A stretch of 64,000 bases of DNA. Origin: an uncultured Bdellovibrionales bacterium (GTDB lineage Bacteria > Pseudomonadota > Alphaproteobacteria > Micavibrionales > SZUA-601). The translations under genes and the position numbers were made by a program. The stretch lies in contig CAZBXD010000001.1 in assembly GCA_964496065.1 (NCBI GenBank), positions 10,437 through 74,436 on the forward strand, in the 5' to 3' direction. The notes under the pieces are model-generated. The model did no database searches. It worked only from the letters and a program-made list of their open reading frames with translations, and had not been told where the DNA came from. The number at the start of each line of letters is the position of its first letter. The stretch's first letter is position 1. This document shows positions 46,821-56,470 of this stretch, piece by piece.

Positions 46821-47759
46821 TTATAATAAGTGCTTTGTCAAAGAATTAAGGCTTATAGGCGGTGCAAGATGAATAATAGAGAGTTTTTCACTGGTTTGTT
46901 CAGGCATTTGATTATTAAACCACGTGAATTGTCGTTTGGCATAACGGCGTGATTGAGTTTTGGCTAGTTCAACCGCCTCTTCGAGTGACATATTTCCATT
47001 GAGATAGTCTCGAAGAGGCGGAATGCCAACCGCTTTTAAACTCGGTAGAAAAGGCGGAAGATTAAGTTGGTGAATGGCTCTGACTTCATCTAACGCGCCT
47101 TGTGCTATCATGTCATCGAAACGCTTGTCAATTCTCTCATAAAGGGTTTGACGTTTAGGTTTTAAAATAAAGGCGGTAAAGGTCAAGTGATCTGGCGCTT
47201 TGATTCGGGGTATATTTTGCCAATATGTAAGCGTTTTGCCTGTTTCTTCATACACTTCCATCGCTCTGATACAGCGTTGGCGATCCGTGGCCGGAAGACG
47301 TTGTGCGGTTTGTGGGTCAATCGCTTGTAATTTTTCATGGAAAGACGTGGCACCAATTTTATCATAAAGTGTGCTTATTTCCTCTCTGGTTTCTAGAGAT
47401 ACGTCAGGGATAGGTGAAAGCCCATCAATCAGCGCTTTAAAATATAATCCTGTTCCACCAGTGAGGATTGGGATTTGCCCTTTATTGTGAGTTGCTTTAA
47501 TGATGCTTAAGGCTTCATTACGCCACCGTGCAACGGAATAATGCTGAGTAATTGAAACTGTGCCAAAAAGTTCATGGGGGGCTTGCTCCGTCTCGGATTT
47601 TGTTGGGCGCGCTGTTAAAATACTAAGTTCCTGATAAACCTGCATACTGTCGGCATTAACAATAACACCGTCAATATTTTGTGCTAAACTAATGGCAAGA
47701 CGTGTTTTCCCACTGGCCGTCGGGCCAGCGATCAGGATCACTGTATTCGGATCAATCAC
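46821..47759 (-). CDS. miaA: tRNA dimethylallyltransferase
   Basis: IAGPTASGKT P-loop, ADSMQVYQ and GGTGLYFKAL. Confidence 0.95.
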   Translation of the reverse strand: MIDPNTVILIAGPTASGKTRLAISLAQNIDGVIVNADSMQVYQELSILTARPTKSETEQAPHELFGTVSITQHYSVARWRNEALSIIKATHNKGQIPILTGGTGLYFKALIDGLSPIPDVSLETREEISTLYDKIGATSFHEKLQAIDPQTAQRLPATDRQRCIRAMEVYEETGKTLTYWQNIPRIKAPDHLTFTAFILKPKRQTLYERIDKRFDDMIAQGALDEVRAIHQLNLPPFLPSLKAVGIPPLRDYLNGNMSLEEAVELAKTQSRRYAKRQFTWFNNQMPEQTSEKLSIIHLAPPISLNSLTKHLL

Positions 47760-49255
47760 TCGTTTTCAGCAATTTTTACGGCAACAAAGCGCATATTGCT
47801 GCGGCTGTTGACTAAAAGAAGCACAGATGTTTTGCCTTCTTTTTTGGCTTGATTGAGTTTTTTATTGAAATCATCAACATTTTTGACTTTTTCTTGATTA
47901 ATCTCAACAATAACATCACCAGGGATCAAGCCTTTTTCAACCGCATCACTCGTTTGTCCAATATCAAGGACAACAACACCATTGACATCATCGCTAATGG
48001 CAAAACGCTGTCGTACTGGCTCTGTTAAAGGCACGACGGTGAGGTCAAGAAGGTCAATCTCATTCCCTGTCCCTGAATCTTTTGGGGTAGCTGTTCCGGC
48101 TTTTCGCGCAAGGAGACCATCTTTTTCAGCCTTTTCAAGCTGCCCTACCTTGACCTTTGTCTGAAGGGTTTTTCCCTGACGCCAGACAGTGACATCGGCA
48201 TTGGTTCCGATTTCTGTATCAGCAACAATACGGGGAAGATTACGCATTTGCTCAATATCTTCGCCATTGAAGCCGATGATAACATCTCCGGTTTTAAGGC
48301 CGGCCTTATCAGCTGGTCCGTTTGGTGTGATTGATGCTACAAGGGCGCCTTTAGCGTGTTCAAGCCCTAGATTTTCGGCAATTTCATCAGTCACCGTTTG
48401 AATGCGAACACCAAGCCAACCACGGCGAGTTTGACCATATTTAATCAGTTGTTGAATAATGGGGCGTGCAAGCTCAGAAGGAATGGCAAAACCAATGCCA
48501 ACAGAGCCCCCGGTAGGTGAGAAAATCGCTGTATTAATGCCGATGACTTTGCCGGCCATATTAAACATTGGTCCGCCTGAATTACCCCGGTTAATAGAGG
48601 CATCTGTTTGAATAAAATCATCATAAGGGCCTGCATTAATATTACGCTGACGCGCAGAAATAATACCAGCGGTAACAGTTCCACCGAGGCCAAATGGGTT
48701 CCCAACGGCTAAAATCCAATCACCAACCCGCATATTTTGACTGTCACCCCATTGGACATCTTCCAATTTTGCATCCTTAGGCGTTACTTTTAAAACCGCG
48801 AGATCAGTTTTACTATCTCGACCAACCACCTCAGCATCGAGCATCGTGTCATCATATAGGGTTACCTGAATTTCATCGGCTTGATCGATCACATGGCTAT
48901 TGGTGACGATATACCCGTTTTGGGCATCAACAATAAAACCAGAACCCAAGGACTGCGACCTTTGTGATGGCTGGTCCATAGGTGGGAATGGGGCATTAAA
49001 AAAATCTTCAAAGAAGTCTTGAAAGGGAGAGCCAGGGGGAAACTCAGGGAAGGGAACATAGGGATTTTGCATCCCCTCCTGTGGTTCGAAAATCTGGGTG
49101 GTTGAAATATTAACAACAGCTTTGGTCACATTATCGGCTAAATCAGCAAAACTATCTGGCGCACCATTAGGAACAATTTGTGCCACAGCCACAGTCGGTA
49201 TTGCAACACAAAAGCTGACAATCAGTATAAGAGTAACAAAAAAGCGATTAGTCAT
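47756..49255 (-). CDS. DegP/DegQ-family periplasmic serine endoprotease with two PDZ domains
   Basis: Signal peptide, TNSHV (His), DLAVLK (Asp), GNSGGP (Ser), and two PDZ-like segments. Confidence 0.93.
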   Translation of the reverse strand: MTNRFFVTLILIVSFCVAIPTVAVAQIVPNGAPDSFADLADNVTKAVVNISTTQIFEPQEGMQNPYVPFPEFPPGSPFQDFFEDFFNAPFPPMDQPSQRSQSLGSGFIVDAQNGYIVTNSHVIDQADEIQVTLYDDTMLDAEVVGRDSKTDLAVLKVTPKDAKLEDVQWGDSQNMRVGDWILAVGNPFGLGGTVTAGIISARQRNINAGPYDDFIQTDASINRGNSGGPMFNMAGKVIGINTAIFSPTGGSVGIGFAIPSELARPIIQQLIKYGQTRRGWLGVRIQTVTDEIAENLGLEHAKGALVASITPNGPADKAGLKTGDVIIGFNGEDIEQMRNLPRIVADTEIGTNADVTVWRQGKTLQTKVKVGQLEKAEKDGLLARKAGTATPKDSGTGNEIDLLDLTVVPLTEPVRQRFAISDDVNGVVVLDIGQTSDAVEKGLIPGDVIVEINQEKVKNVDDFNKKLNQAKKEGKTSVLLLVNSRSNMRFVAVKIAENE

Positions 49256-49331
49256 GTTTTACACATCCATATTTTTTCGAATTAATGGGAAGAATTTGCG
49301 ATTATTGTTATCTCGTTTTTGGCAAAAAAAG

Positions 49332-49520
49332 TCAATAATTTCTCGCAAGCCAGAGGATGATGAGACCAAAAGCTGCGGCAATTACTCCCATGGTACGTAT
49401 TTGTGGCACTGGAGTTGCTAAGGCTGTTGCCATCATACGCCGCATAAAATCAGGAAAAAGAGCATAAAGGCAACCCTCTGCAATAATGGCTAGCCCCAAA
49501 GCCATAATCAATTCATTCAT
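49332..49520 (-). CDS. DUF2065-type small membrane protein
   Basis: 62 aa with two TM helices, in the typical position immediately downstream of hflC. Confidence 0.6.
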   Translation of the reverse strand: MNELIMALGLAIIAEGCLYALFPDFMRRMMATALATPVPQIRTMGVIAAAFGLIILWLARNY

Positions 49521-49523
49521 AAA

Positions 49524-50474
49524 TTACCGACCTTTACGGTTTTTAAAAAAACGTAAAAAGTCACTATTTTCATCGAGAAGAAGCGTAGTTCCTTCATCAC
49601 TGAAGCTAGTACGATAGGCTTCTAGAGAGCGATAAAAGGCATAAAATTCAGGATCTTTATTAAAAGCCTCAGCATAGATTCGTGTTGCTTCCTCGTCCCC
49701 TTGCCCACGAAAGATGGCGGCATCTTTGTTGGCTTCTGCCAAGATAACGGTCCGCTCTTTTTCAGCTGTAGACGTAATTTCAAGAGCCCGTTGCTCTCCC
49801 ATAGCGCGAGTTTCTGTTGCTTGTTGCTCACGCTCTGACTTCATTCGGTTGAAGGTGGCCTGGCGTAGACTATCGGTTAAATCAGCACGTCCGATCCGGA
49901 TATCAACAATTTTCAGTCCCAAACCACTAACCCGTTCGTTGACACGATCACGAATTTGATTCATCAAGCCGGTGCGCTCTTTTGAAAGAAGGTTTTCAAG
50001 AGTGGCATTACCTAAAACGTCACGGGTTGAACTGCTCATTTCGTTTTTAAGACGGACAATTGCGGCACTTTCTGAACTCAAGCGCTGCCGAAATTTTAGT
50101 GGGTCAGTAATATTATAACGCGCAAAGGTGTCAACAATGATTGGTTCTCCACTGACATCACGGGTGTTTCTGGGTTTTACTTCTCCTTCTCCAGCGATTT
50201 GTTCAACCACTTTTGCAAGAAGGCCACCGCTTTTACTCTTTAAAATGACAATCTCTGGGTCAGGATCGATATCAAGAATCCGACGATCGTAAAACTCTAC
50301 CTGCTGAAGGAAAGGAATTTTGTGATGAAGCCCTGCCTCACGAATAATTTCTTTGGGTTCACCAAATTGCAGGACAAGGGCTTGATCGCGCTCATCAACA
50401 ATAAAAAATGTCTGCAGAATTGTAAAAACTGCAAAAATAGAAAAAATAATAAATCCAGTAAGTGTTTTAGACAT
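49524..50474 (-). CDS. hflC: protease modulator HflC
   Basis: N-terminal TM helix plus an SPFH/band-7 domain. Follows hflK after a 3-nt gap. Confidence 0.93.
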   Translation of the reverse strand: MSKTLTGFIIFSIFAVFTILQTFFIVDERDQALVLQFGEPKEIIREAGLHHKIPFLQQVEFYDRRILDIDPDPEIVILKSKSGGLLAKVVEQIAGEGEVKPRNTRDVSGEPIIVDTFARYNITDPLKFRQRLSSESAAIVRLKNEMSSSTRDVLGNATLENLLSKERTGLMNQIRDRVNERVSGLGLKIVDIRIGRADLTDSLRQATFNRMKSEREQQATETRAMGEQRALEITSTAEKERTVILAEANKDAAIFRGQGDEEATRIYAEAFNKDPEFYAFYRSLEAYRTSFSDEGTTLLLDENSDFLRFFKNRKGR

Positions 50475-50477
50475 AGC

Positions 50478-51548
50478 TTAATTTTGATCCTCTGATTTTT
50501 TCAATTCATTTAAGGGGAGATAAGGCAAGACATTATTGCCGCTTTGGCTATTGAGAATAAATTTTTGATTATTGCGCAAAATTTCTTCAATTGTTTCAAG
50601 ATAAAGGCGCTCACGCGTCACATCTTTAGCTTCCGAATAAGCTGTGTAAACATCTTTAAATTTTTGGGCATCCCCCTTGGCTTGATTGATCACTTGCTCC
50701 TTATAGGCTTCAGCTTCTTTGCGCAGACGGATCGCATTTCCGCGGGCGCGGGGGATGATATCGTTCTTATATTTTAAGGCTTGGTTTTTCATCGTTTCAG
50801 CGTCCTGATCTGCGCGGATCACATCTTCAAACGCATCCATCACCGGGCCTGGAACGGTGGCGCCTTGAATAAGTACTTGGGAAATAGAAACCCCTGCTCC
50901 ATATTCATCAAGCATTTCCTGCATGATAGCTTGGACCTGTTTGGCAACATCAGCCCGGCGTTCAGTAATAATGGATTGAAGATTATTTTGACCAACAACC
51001 TCGCGCATAGCACTTTCAGCCACTTTTTTAATTGTGCCTTCGGGATCTCGGATATTAAAAACAAAATCTTTGGCAATACCAACCTGCCACTGGACAACAA
51101 AATCAATATCAACAATATTGGCATCCCCAGTGAGGATCAAACTTTCATCTGGGCGATCTTGATTACCACGAAAACCAATCTCAATCCGGCGTTCGAAGGT
51201 AACATCTGGTTTTTCAACGGTTTCAATCGGGAAGGGCAGATGATAATGTAACCCTTGTTTTTCAATGGTTTTGGTATATTTGCCAAAACGTTGAACAACG
51301 CCCTGTTCCTGTGGCTGGATGATGTAGATTCCGCTGGCAAGCCATATGCCAATAAGAATTATAAAGATAAAACCAATCCCAACCCCTTTTTCACCGTTAA
51401 ATTTACTCTGAAACTGTTTCAGAAGCTCATCTAGATCGGGTGGCGTGTTACTATTGCCTCCTCCTCCAACAGTTTTACGTTTTTTGGATGGGCGACTATC
51501 ATTTATTGGTGCCTGACCCCATGGATCATTTCCTTTATTCCAGGGCAT
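50478..51548 (-). CDS. hflK: FtsH protease activity modulator HflK
   Basis: MPWNKGNDPWG N-terminus, TM helix and SPFH domain. Confidence 0.93.
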   Translation of the reverse strand: MPWNKGNDPWGQAPINDSRPSKKRKTVGGGGNSNTPPDLDELLKQFQSKFNGEKGVGIGFIFIILIGIWLASGIYIIQPQEQGVVQRFGKYTKTIEKQGLHYHLPFPIETVEKPDVTFERRIEIGFRGNQDRPDESLILTGDANIVDIDFVVQWQVGIAKDFVFNIRDPEGTIKKVAESAMREVVGQNNLQSIITERRADVAKQVQAIMQEMLDEYGAGVSISQVLIQGATVPGPVMDAFEDVIRADQDAETMKNQALKYKNDIIPRARGNAIRLRKEAEAYKEQVINQAKGDAQKFKDVYTAYSEAKDVTRERLYLETIEEILRNNQKFILNSQSGNNVLPYLPLNELKKSEDQN

Positions 51549-51629
51549 TATTTGTCCTTGCTTGTTTGGTAAAAAAGAATAGATTGAATTTCAACGCTTA
51601 CAGGATATAACGAAGACGCGAGTAATTCA

Positions 51630-52736
51630 ATGCCAGTAATTGATGAAAAGATAATAAAAAAAGCACTTAAAACGGTTATTGATCCCTTGGATAACCGAGA
51701 TGTGGTTACGAGCGGGGCAATCTCTGGTCTAGCGGTCAATAATGGCCATGTTTTATTTACGATTGAGGTTGACCCTCATCGTGGATCTAATATGGAGGAT
51801 TTGCGTCAGCAAGCAGAAAAAGCGGTTCGCGACTTGAAGGGCGTTCAATCAGTACAAGCAATTTTAACAGCCGAACGAAAACCTGCTGCACCACAACTCA
51901 ATGTTGTTGCCTCATCCTCTACACCGCAAATCAAGCCTGTTCAAAAGCCATTGGCCCCCAATGTAAAACATATTATAGCCGTAGCCTCCGGTAAGGGAGG
52001 GGTTGGTAAATCAACTGTGGCGGTTAATTTGGCCGCTTCCCTGGCGCGTGGCTATGGCCTCAAAGTTGGGCTCATGGATGCGGATATTTATGGTCCTTCT
52101 GTGCCAAGAATGCTTGGGATAGTGAAAAAACCCGTGCAAGAGGGGGATATGCTCTTGCCCGTTGAGGTTCATGGCTTAAAGACGATATCAATGGGTTTTC
52201 TGGTTGATGAAGAGGCGCCGATTATCTGGCGCGGACCAAAGGTCCAAACCGCCGTCCATCAATTTCTTCGTGATGTTGCTTGGGGGGAATTAGATATTTT
52301 GGTTGTTGATATGCCGCCAGGCACGGGCGATGCACAATTGACGATGGCGCAAAAAGTTCCCCTTAGTGGTGCGGTTATTGTCTCAACCCCGCAAGATATT
52401 GCCCTGCTTGATGCGGTAAAAGGGGTGAATATGTTCCGCCGTGTCAATGTCCCGATTTTAGGTATGATTGAAAATATGAGTCAGTTTTGTTGCCCAAATT
52501 GTGATCATATATCCCCTATTTTTGGTCAAGAAGGGGCAAAAAAACGAGCAAAAGATCTCAATATTGATGTTTTAGGTGAAATTCCCCTTCATCCTGATAT
52601 CTGTTTAAGTGGTGAACAGGGACTACCATTAGTTCTCAAGGATAAGAATCACTTAGCATCCCAAGTCTTCATTGCAGCAGCAGGGCGAATAAAAGAGCAA
52701 TTGAGTGCTCAAAAACACCATAAAAAATCATTTTAA
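51630..52736 (+). CDS. apbC: Mrp/ApbC iron-sulfur cluster carrier ATPase
   Basis: N-terminal MIP18-like domain, SGKGGVGKST deviant Walker A, and the CPNC motif (FCCPNCDH). Confidence 0.93.
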   Translation: MPVIDEKIIKKALKTVIDPLDNRDVVTSGAISGLAVNNGHVLFTIEVDPHRGSNMEDLRQQAEKAVRDLKGVQSVQAILTAERKPAAPQLNVVASSSTPQIKPVQKPLAPNVKHIIAVASGKGGVGKSTVAVNLAASLARGYGLKVGLMDADIYGPSVPRMLGIVKKPVQEGDMLLPVEVHGLKTISMGFLVDEEAPIIWRGPKVQTAVHQFLRDVAWGELDILVVDMPPGTGDAQLTMAQKVPLSGAVIVSTPQDIALLDAVKGVNMFRRVNVPILGMIENMSQFCCPNCDHISPIFGQEGAKKRAKDLNIDVLGEIPLHPDICLSGEQGLPLVLKDKNHLASQVFIAAAGRIKEQLSAQKHHKKSF

Positions 52737-52842
52737 AACACGGGTTATTTTCGCAATACATTGATTTGCAAGATTTTGTTTAAAATTTTAGTAAAATTAA
52801 AAAAATCTTTACTTTTCAGTATAGATATGGTAGGGTTTAGCC

Positions 52843-52989
52843 ATGATCGAAACACATAATAATGGAATACCTTTGGTAAAAAAAGCGCGCGCTGCGGTGG
52901 TTGAATACCGTTCTTATATCATGCTTTTAATGATCAGCGGTGGGTCGCTTGCTTTGTCTTTGGGATATTTCATCAGCAGAGGATTTTAA
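52843..52989 (+). CDS. possible 48-aa single-pass membrane protein (below the ORF-track length cutoff)
   Basis: ATG at 52843 to TAA at 52989 encodes MIETHNNGIPLVKKARAAVVEYRSYIMLLMISGGSLALSLGYFISRGF, with one hydrophobic helix. The stop lies 18 nt before the next gene and its GAAGGAGG RBS. Its own RBS is weak. Confidence 0.3.
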   Translation: MIETHNNGIPLVKKARAAVVEYRSYIMLLMISGGSLALSLGYFISRGF

Positions 52990-53007
52990 CCACTGAAGGA
53001 GGCATGG

Positions 53008-54018
53008 ATGCCTGTTGCCGTGCAAAGACCCCCTCAAATTGAGACTGAATTATATTCGTATATAAAAGATAAAACTGGGCTTAACCTTAATAATACCAGT
53101 TCACCATTGGCGCTTTCCACCAAAGGGGTAGTGGTTAATGATAATAATGTTGTGCAATTGAATGCGATGCATTGTTTCATTAAAAATGAAAAGCAGCAAA
53201 ACCCCATCAATCGTGATATACCAAAGGATAAGATGGGCTCAGCGAATATTGCGCTGGCTCAAAAAATACTAACTGCTGCGGTTGGTACCATTTTGGAACA
53301 GGAACTTGATAAAGATCAAGCGGCGGCATTTTTGGATAATCTGGCAGCGATCAAAACATTGGAAACTTTCCAAGAGCAAGATTTATCAACCTATGTGACG
53401 CCTGCGATCCAACAATTAAAAACTGAAATAACAAAAAAAGAAGCGCATATCGCCGATTTTTATCAGATTCGTCTCATGGCGATTGCCCATGAGGCTAGAA
53501 GCGATATCCCGTTTGAAAATCCGGTTTTACGCGCTGAGTTGGAAGAAGAGCTTGGGCAAATGACTTTGAAGGAAATTGATCCAGATGAGGCGGCGATGAA
53601 GCTGCATACCATGACGCAGGAAAATCGCCTCACCCATGATCTCTGGCATGCTTTACAAACACTTGCCGGTGATGGCAATCCACCTGATGTTTTTCTCGCG
53701 GATGGTTTAAAGGGTGAAGAGATTGAGATTGAGGATGGCCCGCCAAAATCAACACAAGAGCTTATTCAACAAGGAAGGCATATTGTTATCCGTGATGGTA
53801 ATGGCAATGATCACACGGTCAATTCTGAAGAGGTTATTAGAAAAGAATTGGCAGAAGAAGCTGTTAATACCGAATATATCAATCAGGATAACCAGTTGAG
53901 CCTCACTCTATCAGATCAAGTTGAACAGGTTTGCGGCAAAAAACATAATATTATCAAGCCAGATCATCTACTATATAAGGAAACTGCACAGTCTGGTTTA
54001 AAACCTGTTCTTAATTAA
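53008..54018 (+). CDS. hypothetical protein (336 aa), no recognisable family
   Basis: A strong GAAGGAGG RBS precedes the ATG. The protein is helical and acidic, with no signal peptide or TM segment. Located next to the flagellar cluster. Confidence 0.65.
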   Translation: MPVAVQRPPQIETELYSYIKDKTGLNLNNTSSPLALSTKGVVVNDNNVVQLNAMHCFIKNEKQQNPINRDIPKDKMGSANIALAQKILTAAVGTILEQELDKDQAAAFLDNLAAIKTLETFQEQDLSTYVTPAIQQLKTEITKKEAHIADFYQIRLMAIAHEARSDIPFENPVLRAELEEELGQMTLKEIDPDEAAMKLHTMTQENRLTHDLWHALQTLAGDGNPPDVFLADGLKGEEIEIEDGPPKSTQELIQQGRHIVIRDGNGNDHTVNSEEVIRKELAEEAVNTEYINQDNQLSLTLSDQVEQVCGKKHNIIKPDHLLYKETAQSGLKPVLN

Positions 54019-54081
54019 ATCAGAGCTAACTCTTTATGATTAAGTCTAAATTTTTTGAATCCCGAACAGGCAAAAATGAGC

Positions 54082-54106
54082 AACAAAGTCGCTCTCTTTG
54101 TTTTAG
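54082..54106 (+). terminator. candidate rho-independent terminator
   Basis: AACAAAG-tcgctct-CTTTGTT stem followed by TTTTAG. Confidence 0.4.
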
Positions 54107-54122
54107 TTAAAAAAATATCTAT

Positions 54123-54461
54123 TTAAACAAGAACATCTTGTCTTGGCTGAATTTCTTCCCTTTCAACGGGTTCTTCAATTGTTTCAACCACGACAGGTTC
54201 TTCGCGTTCAACGGGCTCATAGGCACGAACACTTTCTGATGGATATTCCTTAGTCACCTCGCCAGTTTCTTTATCACGAAACTGTAAAATTGCCGTTTGG
54301 TTTTCACGGTCAATCTTGATAACAGGTGAGAAAAAAGTTTCATCAGACGTAACCACAGAGTCAGTCTTGACAAAGTTTTCCTGAGTTTCTTGTTTAATTT
54401 TTGAGCTGTTACTGCTGGCCAAAACCTGAGCAGAGTTTACAACTCCAACTTCACTAAACAT
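54123..54461 (-). CDS. FlaG-like flagellar protein
   Basis: 112 aa. SPVIKIDRENQTAILQFRDKETGEVTKEYPSESV resembles the FlaG core (f.vde.tg..vv.v.D..TgEv.rqiP.e). Divergent from fliF. Confidence 0.55.
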   Translation of the reverse strand: MFSEVGVVNSAQVLASSNSSKIKQETQENFVKTDSVVTSDETFFSPVIKIDRENQTAILQFRDKETGEVTKEYPSESVRAYEPVEREEPVVVETIEEPVEREEIQPRQDVLV

Positions 54462-54538
54462 GACGCATACCCTTTACTTCTTAAAAAATTTAGTGCGATT
54501 CTCACACTAAGCCATAGTGTTATTATGACATCTATCCT

Positions 54539-54553
54539 TTAACGAAGGTTTAA
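54539..54553. promoter_or_regulatory. CtrA-type box TTAA-N7-TTAA in the flaG-like / fliF divergent region
   Basis: ttaacgaaggtttaa read directly, 78-92 nt upstream of the flaG-like start and 250 nt upstream of fliF. A second, imperfect site (TTAA-N7-TTTA, or N8-TTAC) lies at 54709-54724, about 80-94 nt upstream of fliF. Confidence 0.45.
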
Positions 54554-54802
54554 AATTGGATTCTAATGATTCACAATAATTGTATAGTTTGTAACTTTAT
54601 TGCGGCTTGTCAGTGTAAAACTATTCAACTAGTAGGCATTTTTTTCCGACTCACGGGTGGAGCGATGAATCAAATTCCCCTTAAATACTAGGCAAATATT
54701 TCCTGATTTTAACGTATCCTTTACCCCTATCATGAGATTATTATGGCTGTATCAGGTGTTTTTCGCTTGAATTGTCCTTGTCCATCTCGAGAGGATTAAC
54801 TG

Positions 54803-56449
54803 TTGGAAGATTTTATCAAAACCCTCAATAAGCTGGGGCCATTTCGCTTGGCAACTATGGGATTGGTTACCGTTGGGATGCTGATCTTTTTCATTTTTGT
54901 GACGTCAAAACTATCGTCTACGCAAATGAGCTTGCTTTATTCTGATCTTTCTATGCAAGACAGTAACGCAATTGTGCGTGAACTAGAAGCGGCAACAATC
55001 CCATATGTTGTTGATGATGTGACCAACAAAATTATGGTTGATAGTAAAGAGGTTGGTCGGGTACGAATGCTTCTTGCAGAAAAAGGTTTGCCGGATGGTG
55101 GGTCTGTTGGCTATGAAATTTTTGATAAGGATGAGGGGTTAAGCACAACCCGTTTTAAACAAAATCTCAATCAACTTCGAGCACTTGAAGGGGAGTTAGT
55201 TCGCACAATTGCAACTTTAAAGCCTGTTGAAACTACGCGGGTTCATCTTGTTCTTCCGCAGCGGGAACTCTTCAGCCGTCAGGCGCAACCAGCAAGTGCG
55301 AGCGTTTTCTTAAAAATTCAACGTGGGCAACAATTAAGCCCTGAACAGATCATGTCAATTCAGCACCTTGTAGCGGCAGCTGTTCCACAACTTGATCCTA
55401 AACGGGTCTCTATTGTTGACCAAAATGGTAATTTGCTCGCAAGTGGCCGTCCAGATGATCAAAGTCTTACTGGGCAAAATATTGAAAAACTGCGTTTAGG
55501 CTATGAGCAGCGTCTTATTACGTCTGTTGAAGAAATGGTCTCACGAATTGTTGGGTTTGGTAAGGTTAATGTTAATGTCTCGGCAGAGATGGACTTTGAC
55601 CAGATGACAACTAATTCAGAAAGTTTTGATCCGGAAGGCCAAGTGGCACGCTCCACGCAAAGTTTGAGTGAAACAGATAATGAAACCGAGGCTGATCCAA
55701 ATAATGTTTCGGTTGAGAATAACTTGCCCGGTTTACCTGGAGAGGAAACTGTTCTTGGGTCAAATACTCGCAACAGTGAGCGGGTTGAAGAAATTACCAA
55801 TTTCGAAATTAGTCGCACCGTTACAAATCATATTAAAGAGATTGGGACAGTCGAACGCCTGTCTGTTGCGGTTGTTGTTGATGGAACCCATGTTAAAGAT
55901 GAAGAGACGGGCGAAGCAGTTTATCAGCCCCGCACCGAAGAAGAGATGGAACAAATTCGTGCGCTCGTTGCCTCAGCGATTGGGTATGATGAAGATCGTG
56001 GCGATAGTTTGGAAGTTGTCAATATGCGTTTTGCTGATGCAGAAATCTTGCTTGAGGACATTGTTTCTGACGAAGTGTTCCTTGGTATGACAAAGGATGA
56101 TCTGTTTAGAATTTCTGAAACATTCATCTTGGGTATTGTGTCTATCTTAGTCGTTCTGCTGGTCTTGCGTCCGATGGTAAGCCGTTTAATGGAAGCCAAG
56201 GAAGAAGACGAGGAAGAGGAAGAAGCCGGGCTTCTTGAAGGGGGCATGAAACCAGCTTTGGCTGGTCCTGCTGGGGCAGGTACCCTAGAGCAAGAGCTTC
56301 CAGAATATGAGGATGATAACCTGATCAATTTACAATCTGTTGAAGGGAAAGTGAAGGCATCTTCAGTTAAGAAGGTGAATGAAATTATTGATAAACATCC
56401 AAATGAATCGATTGCGATTATCCGCAGTTGGATGTTCCAAGAATCGTAA
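54803..56449 (+). CDS. fliF: flagellar M-ring protein FliF
   Basis: TTG start with a GAGGAT RBS. N-terminal TM helix, YscJ/FliF family core (LLYSDLSMQDSNAIVRELEAATIPY), second TM helix near the C-terminus, and an acidic FliG-binding tail. Confidence 0.95.
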   Translation: MEDFIKTLNKLGPFRLATMGLVTVGMLIFFIFVTSKLSSTQMSLLYSDLSMQDSNAIVRELEAATIPYVVDDVTNKIMVDSKEVGRVRMLLAEKGLPDGGSVGYEIFDKDEGLSTTRFKQNLNQLRALEGELVRTIATLKPVETTRVHLVLPQRELFSRQAQPASASVFLKIQRGQQLSPEQIMSIQHLVAAAVPQLDPKRVSIVDQNGNLLASGRPDDQSLTGQNIEKLRLGYEQRLITSVEEMVSRIVGFGKVNVNVSAEMDFDQMTTNSESFDPEGQVARSTQSLSETDNETEADPNNVSVENNLPGLPGEETVLGSNTRNSERVEEITNFEISRTVTNHIKEIGTVERLSVAVVVDGTHVKDEETGEAVYQPRTEEEMEQIRALVASAIGYDEDRGDSLEVVNMRFADAEILLEDIVSDEVFLGMTKDDLFRISETFILGIVSILVVLLVLRPMVSRLMEAKEEDEEEEEAGLLEGGMKPALAGPAGAGTLEQELPEYEDDNLINLQSVEGKVKASSVKKVNEIIDKHPNESIAIIRSWMFQES

Positions 56450-56470
56450 AAAGTCAAGGGAGTATAAGCC

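Noticed and set aside
54019-54040. TTAA-N7-CTAAC near-CtrA box just after the 336-aa ORF stop. Other one-mismatch boxes occur near 52780-52800.
   Set aside because: Each has a mismatch in a core TTAA half-site, sits in an AT-rich context, and has no appropriately placed downstream gene.
54566-54691. 41-codon Cys-rich ORF (MIHNNCIVCNFIAACQCKT...) in the fliF upstream region.
   Set aside because: It has no convincing RBS, lies across predicted regulatory sites, and is short enough to arise by chance. It would need ribosome profiling support.
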